Below are positions 13,101-25,375 of a stretch of DNA of 64,000 nucleotides, one piece after another. How positions within the stretch are numbered: the stretch's first letter is position 1; the number at the start of each line of letters is the position of its first letter. The notes beneath the pieces were generated by a model. The model had not been told where the DNA came from. It saw only the letters and a list, made by a program, of their open reading frames with translations, and ran no database searches. Where the stretch lies: positions 195,486,001 through 195,550,000 of the forward strand of contig OZ024740.1 of NCBI GenBank assembly GCA_964016885.1. Direction: 5' to 3'. Source of the stretch: Eledone cirrhosa (lineage: Eukaryota). The position numbers and the translations under genes are program-made.

Positions 13101-13821
13101 TGTGTCTGTGATGCAAGCGTGTTTATGTATGCACCTTTATGCCTGTGTTCATGCATGTGTTTGTACATGTGTGTATGTACCTGTGGTGCAAGCATGTGTA
13201 TGTCTGTGCCTGCATGAAAGTATATGTATGTATGAGTATATTCATGCATGTGCATGTTTGCATGTGCCTGTATACATGCATATGTGTGTATGTATACATG
13301 AGTGTATGTTTTCATGTGCATATGTGTTCATGCATATGTATGAGTGTGTTTCTGAACAATATATCTGAATCTATCTACTGTGCATGAGTAGCTGTCAGAA
13401 ATAGGTAGGTGGAATTTTCTGGTGGGACAAGGTTAGTTCAATGAGACAAACCACCTACTGAGACTACCTATTGAAAATAGATCAATGAGACAGACCACCT
13501 ACTGATAGGTAACTCTGATCATATCAGGTCAAGCAGTCATTTATTTATTGCATACCTGTGTGCAAGATAAATAAACATTAATCTTTTATGTGTGTGCATG
13601 TCTGTGTTTAACATCTATCTTCCCCGCTAGCAGGGTTAGACGGGTAATACATATTACACAGGTACATACAAACACACACATACATAGATAGATATAGAAA
13701 AGGCAGTTGATTTACAGAGTTGCTATAGTGTTGTATAAAATGCATTGCAATATTTGTTTTCACTCAGTGTACACTCCGAGTTCAAATCTAACCAGGGTCT
13801 ACTCTGCCTTTAATCCTTTAA

Positions 13822-14042
13822 CCTTTTAACATTTACACTACTCTATATATACTATTGTATTTTTGCAGTAAACACTTTACCTCACATTATTATCACATGT
13901 AATATCAAATCTATGAGATTTTAATATCATTTATTTTGAGAACAATACTTTAACGTTAGTATGAGTAGCTGGTTACAGCCAGTTTGAACAGAAAGAGGTG
14001 AAAGAATTTTGGCCAGATACAGCCGGTTTAAATGCTAAAAGG
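13822..14042 (-). mobile_element. piggyBac-type MITE, opposite orientation
   Basis: TTAA flanks; reverse complement of the 961-1162 family. Confidence 0.7.
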
Positions 14043-14099
14043 TTAAACTGGAATAAATACCACTAAAGATGTAATCTAACACTTTAACAGCTTTTTCAC

Positions 14100-14590
14100 T
14101 GCCTAAATGAATCAAGTGTCTTTTGCAGTGATATGCTGCAACATTGAGGATAGGATGTCAACTAGTCAAACACTTCGACATCTTCCAATCCAATCCAGGG
14201 CCATCTTACTCCTATTAAGGAACTCTCTTCCTGGTTAATGTCCACTGTTTTCTGTTTGGTTTTGGTCATATCAGGAGTGTAGCCATTCTCACTATGCTTA
14301 GCCAATTGTGGGTTGGTGAGGCTATTTAACTCATAGTTGGGGTGGATGGCTGTTGACTCTGAGGAGGTCATCCACCCTTTTAACAGCTCTTGCTTTTGTG
14401 CTGCAGGGGTTCCACTTACCCTGGTAGGGGAGCCAGTTTAGTCACCAATCACTCGACCATGAATCAGGTTGTACTAGGTTACATGGTGCCAGTAGCAAGC
14501 AGAAGCCTGACCTGACCATAGGTGCATCATGCCTAACTTAAAACACAGGATTGTCATGCATAGTTGACCACAGCTGACCACTTGAACATC
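14100..14590 (-). mobile_element. Old RTE/BovB-like 5' region remnant
   Basis: Minus strand leads into a decayed APE start (LNVAAYHCK..L, resembling the LxIatWNvrtL motif) after a UTR resembling BovB-type leaders; recognised by eye. Confidence 0.45.
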
Positions 14591-14769
14591 TTAGGTAAAG
14601 GCTATTTGCTGTGAAGAGTGCATAATATAACTTTTCTGGCTTCAGCCCTTCATCTAGGAATGAGAAAAGAAGAAAAAAGTGGTGTTGTTGGGTAGAGGCA
14701 AGTAAAATAATTAATTTCTTCAAATTTCCATATTTTACTCTCCCTCGGGACATTAGGCGATCTTGATAT

Positions 14770-15165
14770 GAGCCAAGTGGTAATACACAGACATCTTAGA
14801 TAGCATCCAAAGGAAGGTCACTCAACTAACTAGCATGAAGTTACTCACAGACATGCTCCAGCCTCTCACTCACAGATGTGTTCTCTCCTCTCTTTGTCTT
14901 TTCTACTGTTACTACAATAACTGCTGCTACTCAAAGGCTGGCTGATCTTATTCTACCTCCACTCAAGCATTCTCAATTCATTTGTCTCTCCTCCTCTTCT
15001 CCTCCTCCCATATTATGTCCAACATCCACAGGACCTGCATTAACTCTTACATCCAGTTCTTTCTCCCCAGAATGTTGGCCCTCTAGAATTTCCATTCCTA
15101 CACATCTTTCCTGCAGTTGTTGATTTACAACAGTCAAAGTAGAATGTTAAAAGCATGAATTTCAC
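14770..15165 (+). mobile_element. CR1/Jockey-group LINE 3' remnant
   Basis: Translates as ILDSIQRKVTQL..LQPLTHRCVLSSLCLFYCYY..LADLILPP, a typical post-RT region. Confidence 0.6.
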
Positions 15166-17089
15166 ACAACTGAGCCACAAAATGTAAATAAGTCTATGGA
15201 AGCAAGTAACTTGCTTCCAAAGACTTTTATAACATTAACACTCATAATACCATTTACTGAGGTTAAATTCGATTATAACTTCAGTGAATAAATACTACTG
15301 TATTTGCACTAACTACAAACATAGATTATATTGATATCAGAATACGAGTGGTGAAAATACCTGACAGAATAACTATTAAGAAGAGTACCATTAAATAATT
15401 CTGGTAATTCCAACCTTCCATAACCTTAGAAAAAACTTTGTTTATATCTTGTTACTTTAACTCACATACATCAGTCGGTAATTAAACACTTTTTATATGT
15501 TGTATATAATTGATTTCTCTATAAAGGCATTATAAAGAATATGTTTAGAGAATGAAACATATGTAGATCAAATTAATAATGTATTAATTGTTGAACCTTG
15601 GTGATCTCTTTCTTGTGTGTGTGTGTATATATAAAGAATCCAGGAAAACTAGTGGTGGCCTGCATCAGCAAGGGTTGTATCTATTGATAATGTTTTTAAG
15701 TTTCCTGGGTTTTTGTAGTACTGGAGGTGTGTGTGTGTGTGTGTGTATGTATATAAATATTACACACACACATCACAATAAAATGCACCCAGTACATTTT
15801 ATAAAGTGGTTGGGATCAAGGAGGGTCCCCAGCCATAGAAACTATACCAAGCAAAGTGTTGAGAGGGCTCTTCCATCATACAAAGGACATTACAACATCA
15901 CTTGTACTGGTACCACAATAAAATAACCTAATACACTTTGTAAAGGAGTTAGCAATAGGAATATTGCCCAGCTGTGGAAACCAAGCCCTAACTGGAATGT
16001 ATATAAATGGGATCATCATCATCATCATTTAGCTAGCATGGGTTAGTATGGTGTCTAACCTAATTAAGTACCAACTTAGTCAGCAATGACCCATCCAACT
16101 CATGCCAGCATGGAATAAAGGATGTAAAATGAAGATGATGATGATGGTGAGGTGAACCTAACATTTCATCTTTTCTAGGAAGTTATCAATAAAATATGTG
16201 CTTGTATTGCTATTTAAACAATTATATCTATATCCCCTACAAAAATAATAGCCTTGACCTGAATCAAAAAGATATCATTATTGCTGCATTGATATAAGAA
16301 GCATTGTTATTAAGAAATAATTAATTATACATCATTAAATGTTGCTGCTATAAAAGTTGGGAAGATTGAAAGAATTGCCAACAATATATTTAAACAATGA
16401 AGTAATCGCATCTTGAATCTTGTTATAAAGCTTTTGTAAAATACATACATACACACAACATACATACACGCACGCGCACACACACACACACACACATATA
16501 TATATACATACATATATATATATATATATACACACACAAATCTACATATATACAAATATCACATATATACACATTTAAGTTGTGTATATGTGTATTTCTA
16601 TATATAAACATACATATATATATATATGTATACATATGAGCATACACACATGGGTAATAAACATACATAAATATAAATGCAGTAAATTAAAAAGTGACTG
16701 TGTGGTGCGTGTGTGTTTGCATGAATGTGTGTGAGTGTGTGTTCATGTGCATGCACATGTGTGTGTTTAGATAGGAGAGTGTGAAGAAGTCTTTCTTCAC
16801 AGCCTACAATCTAAATAATTAAGCTGTAAAAAGGAATTCTTAGGTTATTTGACAAAAGATATTTACAATGGAGACCATCTGGTTTCTTTTCTTCCTTTCT
16901 CATTGTTATTTTTGTGTTGTTACTGTAGTTTGTTTGTATATTTCCTTTTCAGGTTATACACCATATATACAGTATATATCTACTGCAAACAATCTTTGCT
17001 ATAGTTCAGAGCAATAAAGCCAATCAGGAAATATCATAAATACAAAAAGAAAAGCTTGTTTTCTATTGTTTCCATTCTGGTTTTTGTTG

Positions 17090-17129
<40 letters not shown>

Positions 17130-17293
17130 AACATAGATACAAACATAAACTTATATATATATACACACACACATATATATATATAGATATTCATACATAG
17201 ATATATCATATATATTGTCTATACTATATAACACACACATATATATATATATACATGCTCACACATATATCAGATTTTGTATGTGTGTGTGTG

Positions 17294-17361
<68 letters not shown>

Positions 17362-17720
17362 TTTTGTATTGCTATTTTTTCCTGCTTAGATTGCAATATT
17401 ATATTTCTGGCCTGCCATTAAAATTACTTAATATAACATCCACTATCATAAACATAAATCAAAGTAATAAAGAAAAAAATATGCTAACAAAAAAAAAAAA
17501 TGAAAATAAACATGCATAATAAATGAAAAATATATATAAATATATATAAATTATATTCTTTAAAATTTAGATGAGATTATGGAGAATCTCTTGAAAACCT
17601 CACTCATACAAATTAATATATATAAGATAACTATTGGTTTCAGCATCATTGCTGGTAGTATTTGTGTATCTATGAACATGTATGTGAATGTGTATGCTAG
17701 TGCTCATAACATATATATAT

Positions 17721-17773
<53 letters not shown>

Positions 17774-17787
17774 CATTATTATTATTA

Positions 17788-20700
17788 CGCGGACCAAATC
17801 ATAAGCCAGAGGCCTATACTATCGCTTGCCCGGTTGCCTTCGATATATGATGGATGGATGGATGGACGGACGGACTGCGGAATCCTGGAGAGTGGAAGGG
17901 AGAGAAAAATCTGGACGCCCAGAGCGAAAATGCCAAAGTTAAAGTCAAATTCACCTCGTGGACGAGAATGCGAGCACTCCTCTTTGTTTCGGCCGCGGAT
18001 GGCTAACATAACCCTATCTCCTCCCGCCCCCCACCACCCCCACCCTCCAAACGCAACCCAAAACTTCAGAGTTGGTACCATAAATGTAGGCACCCTAAAG
18101 GGTCGCGCTAACGAGGTTGTAGAAATGCTTGAACGTAAGGAGGTCGATGTTTGTTGTATTCAAGAGACCAGGTGGAGGGGTGGGTCTGCTAGATTCATTG
18201 AGGGTAAAAAACGATGTTATAAGCTTTTCTGGGTGGGAAACGACGATGGGCTGGGTGGAGTAGGAATCATGGTAGCAGAAAAGTGGGCAGATAAGATAAT
18301 AGACGTAAATAGAGTGAACGACAGAATAATTAAAATAAGACTTGTCCTCAATAGAACTACGGTGACAGTAATATCTGCGTACGCACCCCAATCCGGACTG
18401 CCCGGCACTATAAAAGACAGATTCTATGAGACACTGTTGCTAACTACCTCCCAAATATCTGACAGTGACTATATAATTATTGCAGGCGACCTAAATGGTC
18501 ACGTTGGACAACATTGTGACGGCTATGACGAAATCCATGGAGGCTATGGGTTTGGTACTAGAAATGAGGAAGGCTCCAGAATTCTGGAATACTGTGATGC
18601 AAATAACCTAACTATCTGTAACACTAACTTCAAAAAACGTGACAATCACCTGATTACCTATAGATCCGGGGAACACACAAGCCAGGTAGATTATATCCTT
18701 ACCAGAAGACGTGACAGAGTGTCTGTTGTAAACACTAAATCCCTCCCCCATGAAGAATGCACCTCCCAACATAGACTGATAATTAGCGACCTCATAGTCA
18801 GGACGAGACGCACCCGACAGCAGAAGAGGACTATCCTCAGGAGGAAAATATGGAAACTAAAGGACCCCACAGCCAGAAATAAATTTCAAAGCATATTACT
18901 TGATGCTTTCGACAGTAAGGAAGAGCATCTAGAATCGGACAATATAGAGGGACAGTGGAAATTTCTGAAAGCAAACCTGCTGTTGGCGACAGACGAAGTC
19001 TGTGGCTGGAGCAGGCCTGTAGGCAGGAGGAGAGTAACATGGTGGTGGAACAATAGGGTGGAGGGGTCAATTAAGGCCAAAAAGCAGGCTTGGAAAGTAT
19101 GGCGGGATGGGGGAAGTAGAGTAGACTATCAAGTGGCCAGGAGGGAAGCTAGGAGAGAAGTGTACTTAGCAAGAAGGGAAGCTGAGGAAAGAAAGTTCAA
19201 GCATGTTCTACAACGCGATGACCAAAAACGTGAGGTGTTCAGGATTGCCAGGCAATGCGTCAAGGAAAACCGTGATATTGTCGGGGAGAAGTGTGTACTT
19301 AACGATGATGGCATACTTGCCATCACCGACACTGATAAGAAGGTAGCTTGGAAGTGTCACTATGAAAGGCTACTAAATGAGGAAAATAAATGGGAGAAAG
19401 ACAGTCTCCCCCTTATCGACCCGATAGAGGGACCAGCAGTGTTAGTCGAGGGGAGTATAATAAGTAAGGCAATCAAGGATATGAAGACTGGTAAGGCGGC
19501 TGGGCCTTCGGAAATAGTTGCTGAGATGCTGAAGGCATCTGGCACGGTGGGACACACCATGGTCACCCGCATAGTTAACCAAGTCGTACAGAATGGGGTT
19601 GTTCCGAAGGACTGGCATAGCAGCATCATCGTTAACTGTTATAAGGGTAAAGGAGACGCCCTAGATAGGAGTAACTATAGAGGCATTAAATTAATCGACC
19701 AGGTCATGAAGGTCACGGAAAAAGTAATAGCACAACTAATCAGAGAGAGAATTGATCTAGATGAAATGCAGTTCGGGTTTGTGTCAGGCAAAAGCACCAC
19801 AGACGCTCTTTTCATAGTACGACAACTACAGGAGAAGTACCTAGCTAAAGGTAAACCCCTCTACTTAGCTTTTGTCGACCTGGAGAAAGCCTTCGACAGA
19901 GTCCCCCGCTCCATTATCTGGTGGGCTCTTAGAAAACTAGGCGTTGACGAATGGCTTGTGAGGGCTATACAAGCCATGTATAAAGAAACAGTCAGCAAGG
20001 TTAGAATTAACAACGAATATAGTGAAGAGTTTAGCGTAAAAGTTGGCGTCCATCAGGGCTCTGTTCTCAGCCCCCTACTATTTATTATTGCCCTTCAGGC
20101 TATAACAGAGGAGTTCAAGACAGGCTGCCCATGGGAACTCCTATACGCAGACGACCTGACACTCATAGCGGAATCAATGGCCGAGCTAGAGAAGAAATTC
20201 CAAACATGGAAGCACGGCCTAGAGTCAAAAGGCCTTAAAATTAACCTGGCTAAGACCAAAGTTCTAGTTTGTAGGAAAGAAAACAAGGCGGCGGTCCCTT
20301 CTGGGAAATGGTCGTGCTCGGTATGTAGGAAAGGCGTAGGTAGAAACTCCATCTTATGTCCTAAATGCAAAGTATGGGTGCATAAAAGATGTAGTGGGAT
20401 CACAGGTAAGCTAACTAAGAACATAGACTTTACATGTGGCCGGTGTTCTGGTGCAATAAGTAGCAGCAAGTGCCCACAAAATACTAGCTCTTTCAATTGC
20501 GCAGAGGGTTCTATAGAAATAGTGGACAGCTTCCGTTACCTGGGCGATAAAATCAGCAGTGGGGGAGGGTGCTCTGAAAGTACTGTAGCTAGAGTCAGAA
20601 CTGGTTGGAAAAAGTTCAGAGAGCTTATACCACTATTAGCTGCTAAAGGGTTCTCCCTAAAAATGAAAGGCAGGTTGTACGATGCCTGCATACGAACAGC

Positions 20701-21468
20701 AATGTTGCATGGTAGTGAGACCTGGGCATTGTGTGCAGAGGATATACGCAGACTAGAGAGGAACGAAGCTTGCATGCTCCGCTGGATGTGTAACAGTAAT
20801 ATACGTGAACGGCAAAGCATAAACGAACTAAGGAAAAAATTAGAGATAAGAGGGATCAGATGTTGTTTACTCGAGAGAAGGCTGCGTTGGTATGGACACG
20901 TGATGCGCATGAAAGTCGATAGCTGTATTACAAAGTGCAGGGCAATAAAGATAGACGGTAGCCACGGAATAGGCAGACCTAGAAAAACATGGGATGAGCT
21001 GATAAACTCCGACCTCACACACTTACACCTTTCCAAGACAATGTCACTGGACCGTGACCTTTGGCGGTACTCAGTAACAGAGAAGACCCGCCTTGCCAGT
21101 AGGCATCTCTAACAAAATACACCCCTCCCGCCGCCACCCCCACCCCATCCACACCACCCCGTTCTATGTAAAGTTATGTTGGTGCCGCGCCATCCAGGCC
21201 GAAACAAATGAGATCGTGTAGGTGTCACGACAAAAAAAACACACAGTCCACGCTGTAATGTGGCCGTGTAGGCAACACGGTAAAAACCTCCCAGACCCAC
21301 ACTGTAAATGTGGTTGGTGTTAGGAAGGGCATCCAACTGTAGAAAACCTGCCAGACAGTCCTATGCGAGCAAGACAATCACTCTTGCCTCAAGTGGGACT
21401 ACCCCCGTCCAAACCCATGCAAGCGTGGAACACGGACGTTAAACGTTGATGATGATGATGATGATGAT
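17788..21468 (+). mobile_element. Full-length RTE LINE (family B) inserted in a (TA)n tract
   Basis: Short 5' UTR, single intact ORF, 3' UTR with ~45-bp sub-repeats and (tga)n tail; (TA)n on both sides. Confidence 0.95.
17930..21112 (+). CDS. RTE ORF (~1060 aa): APE endonuclease, reverse transcriptase with inserted PHD finger, C-terminal domain
   Basis: APE motifs GTINVGTL, CIQETRW, AYAPQ, GDLNGH, VDYIL, SQHR; RT motifs NYRGI, QFGF, FVDLEKAFD, GVHQGSVLSP, YADD, YLG. Start at ATG 17930 (or 17999) is inferred. Confidence 0.95.
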   Translation: MPKLKSNSPRGRECEHSSLFRPRMANITLSPPAPHHPHPPNATQNFRVGTINVGTLKGRANEVVEMLERKEVDVCCIQETRWRGGSARFIEGKKRCYKLFWVGNDDGLGGVGIMVAEKWADKIIDVNRVNDRIIKIRLVLNRTTVTVISAYAPQSGLPGTIKDRFYETLLLTTSQISDSDYIIIAGDLNGHVGQHCDGYDEIHGGYGFGTRNEEGSRILEYCDANNLTICNTNFKKRDNHLITYRSGEHTSQVDYILTRRRDRVSVVNTKSLPHEECTSQHRLIISDLIVRTRRTRQQKRTILRRKIWKLKDPTARNKFQSILLDAFDSKEEHLESDNIEGQWKFLKANLLLATDEVCGWSRPVGRRRVTWWWNNRVEGSIKAKKQAWKVWRDGGSRVDYQVARREARREVYLARREAEERKFKHVLQRDDQKREVFRIARQCVKENRDIVGEKCVLNDDGILAITDTDKKVAWKCHYERLLNEENKWEKDSLPLIDPIEGPAVLVEGSIISKAIKDMKTGKAAGPSEIVAEMLKASGTVGHTMVTRIVNQVVQNGVVPKDWHSSIIVNCYKGKGDALDRSNYRGIKLIDQVMKVTEKVIAQLIRERIDLDEMQFGFVSGKSTTDALFIVRQLQEKYLAKGKPLYLAFVDLEKAFDRVPRSIIWWALRKLGVDEWLVRAIQAMYKETVSKVRINNEYSEEFSVKVGVHQGSVLSPLLFIIALQAITEEFKTGCPWELLYADDLTLIAESMAELEKKFQTWKHGLESKGLKINLAKTKVLVCRKENKAAVPSGKWSCSVCRKGVGRNSILCPKCKVWVHKRCSGITGKLTKNIDFTCGRCSGAISSSKCPQNTSSFNCAEGSIEIVDSFRYLGDKISSGGGCSESTVARVRTGWKKFRELIPLLAAKGFSLKMKGRLYDACIRTAMLHGSETWALCAEDIRRLERNEACMLRWMCNSNIRERQSINELRKKLEIRGIRCCLLERRLRWYGHVMRMKVDSCITKCRAIKIDGSHGIGRPRKTWDELINSDLTHLHLSKTMSLDRDLWRYSVTEKTRLASRHL

Positions 21469-21601
21469 ATATATATATATATATATGAATGTATGCATAA
21501 ATATATGCAAAGAAATGCACAATAACATGAAGCAGCGTGATGTATGTGAGTGTGATAGGAGAGAAAGACACACACACATGTATATATATATATATATATA
21601 T

Positions 21602-21922
21602 GGAGGCACATGGCTTAGTGGGCTTGCAATCGAAGGTTGTGAGTTCAATTCTCAGACCGAGTGATGTGTTGTTTCCTTGAGCAAGACACTTTATTTCACA
21701 TTGCTCCAGTTTACTCAGCTGTAGAAATGAGATGATAGGGACTGGGGTCCATATCATTCCACTGCAAAGTAGACGTGTAGGCACCACGGAAAAAAAAGCA
21801 CCCAGCACTCACTGTAAATGAGGTTGGTGTTAGGAAGGGCATCCAGCTGTAGAAATCAAGCCAGAATCAGTTCCCGTCCCACCCTTGCAAGCAGGGAAAA
21901 GTGGACATAAAATGATGATGAT
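21602..21922 (+). mobile_element. SINE family 2, near full length (tRNA head, central domain, RTE-derived tail)
   Basis: A box tggcttagtgg, B box gagttcaattc, ccttgagcaagacacttt central motif, RTE tail and (tga)n. Confidence 0.9.
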
Positions 21923-21954
21923 ATATATATATATATATGCACAAATATATACAT

Positions 21955-22220
21955 GGAACTGAGGGAGAAACTGGGTTTAAGAGAAATCCGAAGTGGTGTG
22001 CAAGAGAAATGACTGTGCCTGCATGGACATGTGATGCATATGGATGATGATCGCTGGGTGAAGAAGTTCAGAAAATCACAGTAGAGGTAGACAAAGGAAG
22101 ACCTGGGCAGAGATAATGAGAGCTGATCTCAAATCACAGACTCACAGGGGAAATGACAAAAGAACGTGATGAGTGGAGTGATGCTCTGCTAAAAAGGACC
22201 TGTCCAACCCATGATGATGA
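21955..22220 (+). mobile_element. Decayed RTE 3' end
   Basis: Homologous to about 5110-5426 (ggacatgtgatgc, gatcgctgggtgaagaag). Confidence 0.8.
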
Positions 22221-22669
22221 TATATACATACATATATAAATACATATACATAGAAAGATAAAAGGATGAGATAGGGAGAGAGGAAGGGAGGAAGTGAGAG
22301 TGATATAGTGAGTATTGACCACTAAATCAAAATTGTTTCCCTTACTCTAACACTAAACAGCATATATTTCCTACATTTAATAGAATATACTGTATATTAC
22401 TAGAAATTTAAAAACAAAAATGTTTATTTAGCTTTCAGTTGATTAAACAGTTATGTGTAAGTCAGCTGAAACTATATCAAAACAAACACCAACTCTTTCA
22501 CCATAAATAGATATTGAGATTCTACTATATTGTTATACAAATAGCAAATAATTAAATAATAATATATATATGTGTGTGTTTGTGTGTGTAGTTATATATC
22601 TGAGTGTGTATATGTATATATATATAAACGAAAATAAAACAAATGGCAAAGATTGGTACATGATCAGTT

Positions 22670-22774
22670 CATTGTTTTACGATCGTTTTAGAAGGTTGAT
22701 TGATCCTGATAAATCAATATATTGATTATTCTTGATACTCTAGATGCATCTCACCATCTTCCTCAGAAACAGTG
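22670..22774 (-). ncRNA. Hammerhead motif, G12 mutated, long stem II
   Basis: cactgttt CTGAGGA agatggt[..]accttct AAAA cgatcg TA aaacaatg. Confidence 0.65.
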
Positions 22775-23349
22775 TGTGTGTGTGTATATATACATAAGTA
22801 CGCATGTGTGCATATATTTGTGTGTATAAATATGTATATATAGCAATTTTCATCATTTTATGTCAACTATTGTTTGATATATATGTATGTATGCATGGTC
22901 CAACAACTCCTGATAGATCCGTAGGGGTGCCATATTGATATACAGTGTATCTTGGACATTTTAAAGTCTGGTGGAGCCCATGCCTCTCCAGGCCTAGAGT
23001 ACAATAGATTTCTTCCAGAGAAAGATAAAAAGTGAGACAGAGGAAATGAGAAAGAAATATAGAGGAAGAATCGACCTCAGAACTAGACTGGTACTTTTTT
23101 TATTGACCTCGAAAGGATGAAAGACAAAGTTGACCTCAGTGAGATTTGAACGTAGAGAGCAGAGAGCCAGAAGGAATACCATAAAGCATTCTATCCGACA
23201 TTCTAACAACTCTGCCAATTCGTCGCCTATTTGATATATATATATATTCCGATGAAAAGAAGTGTACTTATGGTCTTTTGTCATTGAGATTAGTAACCAG
23301 ACACTGCCAAGCTTCTGCCAGAAAGAATTTCTATAATATTAATGTATAT

Positions 23350-23420
<71 letters not shown>

Positions 23421-23428
<8 letters not shown>

Positions 23429-23684
23429 TCCTTGAGCAAGACACTTTATTTCACATTGCTCCAGTTTACTCAGCTGTAGAAATGAGATGATAGGGACTGA
23501 GGTCCATATCATTCCACTGCAAAGTGGTCGTGTAGGTGCCACGGCAAAAACCACCCAGCACTCACTGTAAATGAGGTTGGTGTTAGGAAGGGCATACAGC
23601 TGTAGAAATCAAGCCAGAATCAGTTCCCATCCCACCCTTGCAAGCAGGGAAAAGTGGATGTAAATTGATGATGATGATGATGAT
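23421..23684 (+). mobile_element. SINE family 2, 5'-truncated
   Basis: Matches 21667-21922; starts directly after (TA)n. Confidence 0.9.
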
Positions 23685-24301
23685 ACCTATTAATGATATA
23701 CAGCTCAAAAAAATTACATCTCAAACTAAGAGAATTCCATGGTTAATAAATGTGAGTTACAACCAACATATACATTTATATACGAACTACAATATAAAAA
23801 CACTTGTGAAAATTACCTATCCAATTCAACCACGTGCTTTGCATTACACCTCACATAACATATACCTATTTTATCACCACATGTCTCCCTACCATATAGC
23901 ATGCTATCTTAAACATTTCTAACACTTATGCTTTAACATTCTACACAAAATATGCTTATTTCAACTGTAATATAACTCTTTCCTCATACATGCCTTATTG
24001 ATTGTATTGACTCCTGTATTGTACACCCATAACATTACCTGATCTCCAATGCTAAGATATCTTATATCTTATGTCTATCCTATCTTACACTTTTCCTTGC
24101 TTGTAACTTTTTTTGCCTGTACTTTTTGCTTGTACCTCTTCCACATTCCACCAGTGCTCCTTGTAATTGTGTTCTCTCAAGCATAACATCTTTTTAACTC
24201 CCAATTCTCTACATGATGTCTATGACACTAACAACACTTATGTATCTACCTAAATGTTCTGAATTGACTAGGATTTTAATCACCTGTTTAGACATTCCCT
24301 A

Positions 24302-24348
24302 TGCTCCCATGATTCCAGACATCCCTCTGGAAGAAACAATTGTCAGCA
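24302..24348 (+). ncRNA. Hammerhead motif (CC-core type, G5 altered) near the end of a probable PLE 3' remnant (~23690-24475)
   Basis: tgct CCCATGA ttccaga catccc tctggaa GAAA caattg TC agca AATAAA. Confidence 0.7.
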
Positions 24349-24912
24349 AATAAATGTATTAAACTAAGATTTTACTGTTTTAACACTTTGTATCTCGGCT
24401 CTGTAAAACACTTGATCATTTGCATTGAGCATTTTGTCATACCGGTAACCGGCTAGTACTTAGTACTACCCTCCATATTTATAATTATATATTAAACATA
24501 TATAAGTATAAATATTGTTATTATTACTATATATATATATGTATATATATATCATCATCATCGTTTAACATCTATCTTCCATGCTAGCATGGGTTAGACA
24601 GGAATTGTCCCACTTGAGGCAAGATTGATCGGATGACCATGACTCACTGGTATAGGACTGTATCTGGCAGGTTTTCTACGGCTGGATGCCCTTCCTAACA
24701 CCAACCACATTTACAGTGTGGACATATATATATATAATTGTTTCTACATTTGGCACAAGGCCAGCAATTACCAGTACATTACTGGTACTTTATTTTATCG
24801 ACCCCGTAAAGGTTGAAAGACAAAGTTAACCTCGACGGGATTTGAACTCACACACACCATATTTATATACTGATGGTAAGGATGATTCATGGATAGATAA
24901 ATATATAATAAA

Positions 24913-25375
24913 TCTCCTTATAATATATAACCAGCAATTTCTCTGTCTGTCTGTCCGACAGTGGAAACACGTGCGCGCGTGCGAATGTTTTTTGCGCACG
25001 CGTAGAGAGAGAGTGAGAGTGAAAGAAAGAGACAGACTACGAGAGGGGGATAGCGGGAGGGAGAGAGAGTGAATAGACACTAAAACACGTGTGCACGTGC
25101 GAATGTTTTTTGCGCACACGTAGAGAGAGAGTGAGAGTGAAAGAAAGAGACAGACTACAAGAGGGGGAAAGCGGGAGGGAGAGAGGGGGGGAATTGAGGA
25201 GTGCTACAGAAACATATATACATTTCTGTGTGTGTGTAATATATATATATATATACACACACAGAAATATATATACATTTCTGTGTGTGTAATATATATA
25301 TATATACACACACAGAAATATATATACATTTCTGTGTGTGTAATATATATATACTAGCAGAAAACCACTGCTAGT
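24913..25375 (+). mobile_element. Non-autonomous Helitron-like element with internal ~125-bp duplication
   Basis: 5' TC..tataatatataa..(ctgt)n start and 3' ctgCTAG-T end; 24963-25080 duplicated at 25082-25190. Confidence 0.5.

Noticed and set aside
17579-17929. N-terminal 117 aa of the 1177-aa ORF
   Set aside because: Read-through of flanking DNA, the (TA)n tract and the 5' UTR; the element begins near 17788.
17950-18010. HDV-like ribozyme near ggctaa in the family B RTE
   Set aside because: P1 would be mostly G-U pairs, and the decayed copy does not support the pairings.
23244-23340. CCGATGA..GAAA unit between (TA)n tracts
   Set aside because: Stems I and II need bulges and mismatches; may be a decayed member but not supportable.
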